The position numbers and the translations under genes are program-made. Positions 59,536 to 64,000 of a DNA stretch of 64,000 nt are shown here, piece after piece. This DNA is from Octopus sinensis (Eukaryota), in the NCBI RefSeq assembly GCF_006345805.1, contig NC_043001.1, positions 10,416,001 to 10,480,000 on the forward strand, written 5' to 3'. Below the pieces are notes generated by a model. It made no database searches. It had not been told where the DNA came from and saw only the letters and a list, made by a program, of their open reading frames with translations. Numbering within the stretch: position 1 is the first letter of the stretch; each line of letters opens with the position of its first letter.

Positions 59536-62110
59536 GTTGTTATTATTATTATTATTGTTGTTGTTGTTGTGCTTATTTTGGATGTCGGTCCTAATGTAAT
59601 ATAACTATGACTCAAAACTTCAAAGCTTAACTTGGGAATGTTAAAAGTTTAGCATTTATTGTTTGTATGATTATCAAGATTGTAGTTTTCTTTTTTCTTT
59701 TTTTTTCCTTCTTTTTTTCTTTTTTTTTTCTTTTTCAAATAATGTCAAAGCTTAGCATCTGTGATTGTATTTATCTATTTATTTCATCTCTGTACCTGTT
59801 GATGTTTAGTGTTATCAGTGGATTGAAATCTAGTCTTCTGATATCTGTAGTTTACAAAAGCTTCTGGAAATCTTTGAAAATTATTCCATAGGGAAATTTA
59901 TTTTAAAATAGTTATCTGTTTTGTTTTCTCTTTTCAAGTTAGAGTTAATCTCAGCATTTCAGAAAATATTATCAACATCATCCCTGTTTTGCTTTCATTC
60001 AACACAAACAAATGTTGCAGGCTAATTGTTGCATCTCAAAATGTACTTAGTTGCATTTTGTATAAAACTCTTATGAAAGATATTCTTAAAAACCAACTTT
60101 GAACTAGTCTTAAAGAAATAATATTACTTAATAAATAATATTACCATATAGGCGTAGGAGTGGCTGTGTGGTAAGTAGCTTGCTTACCAACCACATTGTC
60201 CTGGGGTTCACTCCCACTGCATGGCACCTTGGGCAAGTGTCTTCTACTATAGCCTCGGGCCAACCAAAGCCTTGTGAGTGGATTTGGTAGACAGAAACTG
60301 AAAGAAGCCCAACGTATATAGCCATCATCATCATCATCGTTTAACGTCCGTTTTCCGCGCTAGCACGGGTTGGATGGTTCGACCGGGGTATGGGAAGCCA
60401 GGGGCAGCACCAGGCTCCAGTCTGATCTGGCAGTGTTTCTATGGCTGGATGCCCTTCCTAATTCCAACCACTCCATATATATATATATGTGTGTGTGTTG
60501 GTGTGTTTGTGTTTGTCCCACGAACATCACTTGACAACCGTTGCTGGTGTGTTTACGTTCCCGTAACTTAGTGGTTCGGCAAAAGAGACCGATAGAATAA
60601 GTACTAGGCTTCCAAAGAATAAGTCCTTAGGTTGATTTGCTCGACTAAAGGCGGTGCTCCAGCATGGCCACAGTCAAATGACTGAAACAAGTAAAAGAGT
60701 AAAGAGTAATTACTGCGCCATTGTTCTTCGTTAATGATGAAGAAATTTCCATTTAGTTCTAGCTGTTTTATTACTCGGCATTTACAAAAATGAAACCAGA
60801 TATTTTGCTGTCCATCAACTGGTTTATCACTGCTGGTATAATCTCTGAAACAATACGGGCCATAAAATCGTTTGATCTGATTCACAGCCTCTATACATTT
60901 TTCATCAATGATAATCACCACACATTTGATTTCCCTATTTTTATCTTGGCAATATGCCATCCATGTCTTATCTGCTTATGTGTGAAGTATTTGAACTCAT
61001 TATCCAATAACATCAATGGAACTTACCCAATACCATACGTACTGTTCCAGTGATTTGAAAATTGAATATGGTGAGCTGGCAGAAACGTTGGCACGCCGGG
61101 TGAAATGCTTAGCAGTATTTCGTCTGCCGCTATGTTCTGAGTTCAAATTCCGCCAAGGTCGACTTTGCCTTTCATCCTTTTGAGGTAGATTAAATAAGTA
61201 CCAGTTACACACTGGAGTCGATATAAGGACAGACAAATGTATTAAGTCAATTATACTGACCCCAGTGCATAACTGGTAGCAACGTTCTGAGTTCAAATTC
61301 CGCCAAGGTCGGCTTTGCCTTTCATTCTTTCGAGGTAGATTAAATAAGTACCAGTTACACACTGGGGTCGATATAAGGACAGACAAATGTATTAAGTCAA
61401 TTATACTGACCCCAGTGCATAACTGGTAGCTACGCTCTGAGTTCAAATTCCACCAAGGTCGACTTTGCCTTTCATCCTTTTGGGGTCGATTAAATAACTA
61501 CCAGTTACACACTGGGGTCGATATAAGGACAGACAAATGTATTAAGTCAATTATACTGACCCCAGTGCATAACTGGTAGCTACGTTCTGAGTTCAAATTC
61601 CGCCAAGGTCGACTTTGCCTTTCATCCTTTCGAATTAAATAACTACCAGTTATGCACTGGGGTCAGTATAATTAACTTAATACATTTGTCTGTCCTTGTT
61701 TATCACCCCTGTGCGTAGCCCCTTGTGGGTAGTAAAGAAATAGAAATAGAAAATTGAATATGCAGTCTTTTCACAGCAGTTTACTAAAATATCTTCGACT
61801 TGGTTTTAAATTTCTCTTCCTTTTATTACAGATGCTGCTAACATCACACACATTTCAACTCCTGTCATCGAAGATGAAGGAGGCATTGCTTACTTGGAGT
61901 GTATAGCTGAAGCGAACCCTATGAGTGACAATATGGTTGGATGGACAAGAGACAGCTACGATATGTCAAGAACTCGGCAGACTTACGATAAAGGCAGCTC
62001 TTCTTTAACTGTCTACGAATTGTCACGAACTGATGCTGGAACTTTCACGTGTTCAGCATATAATGGATACGGCAAGGTCGTCACTCGAGTAGCTCAACTC
62101 ATAGTTAAGT
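26651..62110 (+). CDS. NPHS1: Nephrin-like Ig-superfamily cell adhesion gene, partial (9 exons, Ig1 second half to Ig8); continues beyond both ends
   Basis: Exons 26651-26830, 28189-28515, 32040-32330, 38051-38350, 40137-40262, 54691-54855, 55072-55374, 56190-56465 and 61832-62110 each have an AG acceptor after a pyrimidine tract and a GTAAG/GTGAG donor. All are multiples of 3 and phase 1, and they splice into 749 codons without a stop. Domain order and motifs (GYDKSIPGFSRY, CVSEGGNPPA, CTAIGGNPLASLKWY, CSSSNP, Cys-less FSVRANP, CIAEANP) match nephrin as I recall it. Confidence 0.9.
28189..28515 (+). CDS. NPHS1: Nephrin-like exon: Ig2 (IPPDVPKIVG...LECVAHNGRPAARLEWFKDG...LSCQASN...VQLSIS)
   Basis: ctttttag|TC acceptor; TCTT|gtaag donor; 327 nt; C-W-C Ig triad. 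Confidence 0.95.
28711..29112 (+). mobile_element. Non-autonomous Helitron-like element (H2: same termini as H1, different interior)
   Basis: A|TC 5' end, cccgagc-aac-gccggg hairpin, CTAG|T 3' end, no TSD. Confidence 0.8.
29424..29960 (-). mobile_element. Long family C with 66-bp tandem units
   Basis: catgc anchors at 29663, 29729, 29795 and 29876. Confidence 0.8.
30432..30835 (+). mobile_element. SINE family A, young subfamily
   Basis: Full-length match. Confidence 0.88.
31240..31400 (-). mobile_element. Penelope-like terminal-repeat fragment with hammerhead-like motif (31333-31368)
   Basis: Minus strand cttt-ctgtcgaa-gagc-gtag-gctc-gaaacgta-aaag; homologous to 40597-40810 and 46933-47135. 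Confidence 0.6.
32040..32330 (+). CDS. NPHS1: Nephrin-like exon: Ig3 (FPPGEPHISGY...LKCVSEGGNPPALVIWYKN...FKCEASN...KLTVH)
   Basis: ttatttcag|TC acceptor; CACT|gtaagt donor; 291 nt. Confidence 0.95.
32413..32590. repeat. (ATT/GTT)n microsatellite
   Basis: Direct reading. Confidence 0.95.
32772..33286. mobile_element. ~515-bp probable interspersed repeat, bounded on both sides by (ATT)n
   Basis: Sharp composition change with ATT repeats at both edges; single copy here, class not determined. Confidence 0.45.
33824..34246 (+). mobile_element. SINE family A, young subfamily
   Basis: Full-length match. Confidence 0.88.
35293..35514. mobile_element. 222-bp MITE with TTAA target duplication (piggyBac-like)
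   Basis: ttaa|cccttttgttacc ... ggtattgaaaggg|ttaa; two more copies at 63396 and 63649. Confidence 0.8.
36918..37305 (-). mobile_element. Non-autonomous Helitron-like element H1
   Basis: a|ctagcagtatcgcccggcgttgctcggg ... agctttatatagaga|t. Confidence 0.8.
38051..38350 (+). CDS. NPHS1: Nephrin-like exon: Ig4 (FPPKKVKISG...LKCVSTNSNPAATITWF...YTCVAKN...TLSVL)
   Basis: ttttccag|TT acceptor; CTGT|gtaagt donor; 300 nt. Confidence 0.95.
40137..40262 (+). CDS. NPHS1: Nephrin-like exon: Ig5 N-terminal half (YPPASPTISGYNPGSAVHSGESAKLTCTAIGGNPLASLKWYT); not in ORF track
   Basis: ctattgtag|AT acceptor; ACAA|gtaagt donor; 126 nt; read directly from the sequence. Confidence 0.92.
40597..40810 (+). mobile_element. 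Penelope-like terminal-repeat fragment with hammerhead-like motif (40672-40708)
   Basis: cttt-ctgtagaa-gagc-gtag-gttc-gaaacgta-aaag. Confidence 0.6.
40821..41350. mobile_element. Internally deleted and rearranged mariner (Tc1/mariner) element with ~85-bp inverted ends
   Basis: Minus-strand HHYEPESKKQSMEWRH...KTMATVFWDSQGVILVNF (catalytic domain piece); plus-strand VKKWLKEQSTEFYRAGIHALIQRWNIAVERNGHYVEK* (41128-41241, transposase C-terminus); ends c(a/g)agggtgag(t/a)ca..aagtaatgccattttgtttaggacagg. Confidence 0.9.
43000..43338 (+). mobile_element. Long family C (RTE 3' end); opposite-strand copy at about 43512-43718
   Basis: Same modules as the 23380 copy. Confidence 0.75.
46144..46620 (+). 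mobile_element. RTE-clade LINE reverse transcriptase relic
   Basis: RVPYSVIRWSLRKLWIDKWLVNVVQAMY...GGIQQDLVLTPFLFIIVLQ, then frameshifted PWEPLCIDYLALLAES...VWKQNLESKYLKVNLAKTRVL (decayed YADD) and GKWLCLICRKGV Cys motif. Confidence 0.85.
46933..47135 (+). mobile_element. Penelope-like terminal-repeat fragment with hammerhead-like motif (47011-47047), nested in the RTE 3' UTR
   Basis: cttt-ctgtcaaa-gagc-gtag-gctc-gaaacgta-aaag; shares the tccggca..ccatgataga..tagccacta start with the 40597 copy. Confidence 0.6.
49115..49416 (-). mobile_element. Old SINE family A copy
   Basis: Diverged match. Confidence 0.65.
49500..50143. repeat. Long imperfect palindrome (fold-back), arms 49500-49777 and 49841-50143
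   Basis: e.g. gtaggccttgcattatgctgcaacagtaaa vs revcomp gtaggcattgcactatgctgcaacaataaa; ttattgagaagg-aagggctatcag-tgtgattatg in both arms; roughly 70-75% identity by eye. Confidence 0.88.
50330..50888 (-). mobile_element. 3' end of an RLE-type (R4/Dong-like) non-LTR retrotransposon abutting (TAA)n
   Basis: 50700-50888 minus: EVFKMWSMRVKTIPKIIGAMVMIK...MPGSSTPHTVQKIALLGSAHILHKTLAIQ*, then ~310-bp UTR and TAA tract at 50330-50390. Confidence 0.75.
50909..51378 (+). mobile_element. SINE family A followed by an inverted head fragment with a 15-bp tandem repeat (cttaccacacagcca x4)
   Basis: Direct reading. Confidence 0.75.
52332..52808 (+). mobile_element. Two consecutive SINE B variants separated by (TAT)n
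   Basis: Heads at about 52332 and 52598; alternative tail aaattgctggctttgtgccaaa. Confidence 0.72.
53444..54170 (+). mobile_element. Helitron/DINE-1-like element 5' part with a SINE B (53465-53696) inserted; 3' end not located
   Basis: A|TCTATTATATAAAATC start, tctgtctgtctg microsatellite; SINE TSD tatataaaatc(tg/ca)ttc at 53449-53464 and 53697-53712. Confidence 0.55.
54691..54855 (+). CDS. NPHS1: Nephrin-like exon: Ig5 C-terminal half (RGRRLDSDYKIIGNIASADLNVIIKPEDNGAIYVCKATNNATVRPLQTQIRLKVF); not in ORF track
   Basis: long poly-pyrimidine tract ttcttag|GA; TTCT|gtgagt donor; 165 nt; DNGAIYVC motif completes the domain begun at 40137. Confidence 0.92.
55072..55374 (+). CDS. NPHS1: Nephrin-like exon: Ig6 (FPPVSVNIT...LTCECSSSNPEAEIIWL...YGCRAIN...TLDIL)
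   Basis: ttttcaag|TT acceptor (AAG type); TTAT|gtaagt donor; 303 nt. Confidence 0.92.
55620..55867 (+). repeat. Direct duplicate of 52490-52748
   Basis: Identical SINE-tail/(TAT)n/unique linker/SINE-head junction including the linker tttattccatatttaagctgtcaaactggc. Confidence 0.9.
56190..56465 (+). CDS. NPHS1: Nephrin-like exon: Ig7, lacking both canonical cysteines (FKPVF...VNFSVRANP...DSGDYQIKAVNKEG...TVDIL)
   Basis: ctgtttcag|TT acceptor; CTCT|gtaagt donor; 276 nt. Confidence 0.92.
56843..57186 (-). mobile_element. Old SINE family A copy
   Basis: Diverged match. Confidence 0.7.
57470..57757 (+). mobile_element. Family C (RTE 3' end) with (GAT)n tail
   Basis: Common 3' module. Confidence 0.75.
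58074..58459 (-). mobile_element. Non-autonomous Helitron-like element H1
   Basis: a|ctagctgtatcacccagcattgctcggg ... agctttatgtatagagaga|t. Confidence 0.78.
58695..58750. repeat. (CT)n microsatellite
   Basis: Direct reading. Confidence 0.95.
59031..59570. repeat. ~540-bp compound (ATT/ATC/GTT)n microsatellite
   Basis: Direct reading. Confidence 0.95.
60150..60707 (+). mobile_element. SINE family A with a family C fragment (about 60323-60475, minus) inserted in its central microsatellite
   Basis: Head and tail of A flank the C module. Confidence 0.8.
61071..61748 (+). mobile_element. Composite SINE B containing three exact-period 150-bp fold-back units, inside a perfect 14-bp TSD
   Basis: Units start at 61129, 61279 and 61429, terminal part at 61579; TSD gaaaattgaatatg at 61057-61070 and 61749-61762. 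Confidence 0.92.
61832..62110 (+). CDS. NPHS1: Nephrin-like exon: Ig8 (YAANITHIST...LECIAEANPMSDNMVGWTR...DAGTFTCSAYNG...LIVK)
   Basis: ttattacag|AT acceptor; AAGT|gtaagt donor; 279 nt. Confidence 0.94.
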
Positions 62111-62274
62111 GTAAGTATTTCTGCTTCGTATAAGCATCTGTAATGGCATCTAAAGTTGGTTATGCTGTATTCAATGATAAATGTTATATTTTTGATGAAT
62201 GAGAGAAAATTCAATCATTCTGAATATCAAATTGGACTTTGATTGAGAAGAGAAAACGCCCCCCCTCCCCCCAC

Positions 62275-62601
62275 TTCGGTCATGAATGACCATGGGATTG
62301 CACCTAGAAAGTTACCCTCCAAGGCACAAGTCCGGGAAAGGTTGTATAAGGAAGGCCAGCAGTCGCCCATGCATACCAGCCTCCACTCTCCCCACCACTG
62401 ATGTTATCCAAGGGAAAGGCAAAGGGGCCAATACAGCTTGGCACCAGTGATGTCACAACTCATTTCTACAGCCGAGTGAACTGGAGCAATGTGAAATAAA
62501 GTGTCTTGCTCAAGAACACAACATGCAGCCCAGTCTGGGAATCGAACTCACAACCTCACGATTGTAAGCTCGACGCTCTAACCACTGAGCCATGCGCCTT
62601 C
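62275..62601 (-). mobile_element. tRNA-derived SINE with CORE-like central domain (family E)
   Basis: Minus strand gaaggcgcatggctcagtggttagagc (A box), gagttcgattccc (B box), cttgagcaagacacttta...ctgtagaaatgag. Confidence 0.8.
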
Positions 62602-63395
62602 GATTATATTCTGTATATCCTCATCATTGTTTTACATTTGCTTTCTAGTATGGATCAGACATGTTTCCACAGTTAAGTTGATATATATACATATATATAT
62701 ATATATTCGGTGAGTACTGCTCACCCTGTATAGATCGGAAGGCTGTATCACTCTCGTGTGTTTCATTTTACATAAGCAACGTTACAGAGACACGGGTGGT
62801 AAGAGAAAGAGTTATGAAAATAAACAACTGCTTGTGGTAGAAATTTGTGAATTCTTTCAACATTGACATGAGTTTTTGTTATGGTGATTGCAAAACAATA
62901 GATTTTTCCCAATCTTAGACAATGAAAAACAATACATTTTAAATTTCCATTCCATTCCAATGTACTTCCATGCAGCGCTGATGATGAAATTTATCTATAT
63001 CAAATAATAATGCCTAATCTAATATTAATGCATTAAAAAAGATAGTTAATTATTAACAGCAAATATATCCATCATTGTCAAAAAGACACTCACACAGTTT
63101 CCATTCAATAAACTATTCACAAGTCAACTTAACATTTGAAACGGTTTATCTTAATCTACAGAATGAATTTTGTCTGCATTCTACTACTACTACTACTACT
63201 ATAAAATGGACATAGCCAAAATAATATTTTGATAAAAGATAAAGTATAGACAGAAGAAATATTGCTTGTTGAATTTCTTAATGAAAGATGTTATGAATTA
63301 TTTGCTTAAATTAATCGTTTGATTAAGGCTATTGATAAAAGTTGGTAGATACAGTGGGCAAGATTATTGCTGGCTTCATTTGAGAAGATCCTTAG

Positions 63396-63871
63396 CCTTT
63401 TGTTACCAACCCAGCTGAAACCACCTCTGGCTCTGAGTACAAATGTCTTGTTTTCATAAGTTTTGAATTAAAATCTTCCAGCAAACCTTAGTCACAATTT
63501 ATGTTCCTAACACTAACTTAATGATAACTAAGTTATTTTACTAAATTCTTTGTTATATTTAAAAGTTAATTGAAAGAAACACAGAACATCTCAACAGAAA
63601 TATCATAACAAAAGGGTAAAAAATATATAATAGAGAAACAATTCTTAACCTTTTCGTTACCAACCCAACTGAAACTGCCTCTGGCTCTGTAGTACAAATG
63701 TCTTGTTTCCATAAGTTCTGAATTAAAATCTTCCAGCAAACCTTAGTCACAATTTATGTTCCTAACACAAGCTTAATGATAACTAAGTTATTTTACTAAA
63801 TTCTTTGTTATATTTAAAAGTTAATTGAAAGAAATACAGACCATCTCAAATGAAATACGGTAACGAAAGGG
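63396..63871. mobile_element. Two adjacent copies (63396-63616 and 63649-63871) of the TTAA MITE, opposite in orientation to the 35293 copy
   Basis: ttaa|ccttttcgttacc...ggtaacgaaaggg|ttaa for the second copy; the first has degenerate TSDs. Confidence 0.82.
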
Positions 63872-64000
63872 TTAAAGAATGTCTGAGGTTTGAATATCAC
63901 TGCCAAATCTCTCTTAAAAGAACAGTTGTTGACAGTTGTTGCGTATCTGTAGAGTAAATCATAGTTGAGTAGTATATAAGACAATGCAGAATATATTGTT

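Noticed and set aside
61129-61578. Regular repeat array as a CRISPR
   Set aside because: The units are near-identical 150-mers made of SINE sequence with no unique spacers; the context is eukaryotic and there are no cas genes.
1-64000. Prokaryotic operon, phage or defence system
   Set aside because: Spliceosomal introns, SINEs, LINEs and microsatellites throughout; no long intronless ORFs.

Overview
AT-rich, repeat-dense eukaryotic genomic DNA, very probably from an octopus. This is inferred from the SINE/RTE repeat repertoire and a C2H2 zinc-finger relic, not from a database search. The only intact gene visible is the middle of a nephrin-like (NPHS1/Sns/Hibris/SYG-2 family) Ig-superfamily adhesion gene on the + strand. 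Nine GT-AG exons (26651-62110; 2247 nt, 749 codons, all phase 1-1, no stops when spliced) encode the second half of Ig1 through Ig8. Two of these exons (40137-40262 and 54691-54855, the two halves of Ig5) are absent from the ORF track. The 5' exons and the last Ig, FN3, TM and cytoplasmic exons were not found and presumably lie outside the window. The rest is intron-like DNA containing several tRNA-derived SINE families, RTE LINE relics, an RLE-type LINE relic, Penelope-like terminal pieces, non-autonomous Helitrons, TTAA MITEs, a rearranged mariner, microsatellites and a decayed C2H2 zinc-finger array. The most notable signals are: three copies of a variant minimal hammerhead-ribozyme-like motif; an exact 150-bp fold-back tandem array 83 bp upstream of the Ig8 exon; a ~640-bp imperfect palindrome; several local inverted duplications, some of unique-looking DNA; and a direct duplication bracketing two exons. 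Together these would make the pre-mRNA rich in potential dsRNA. All alignments were made by eye, and repeat family names are tentative.
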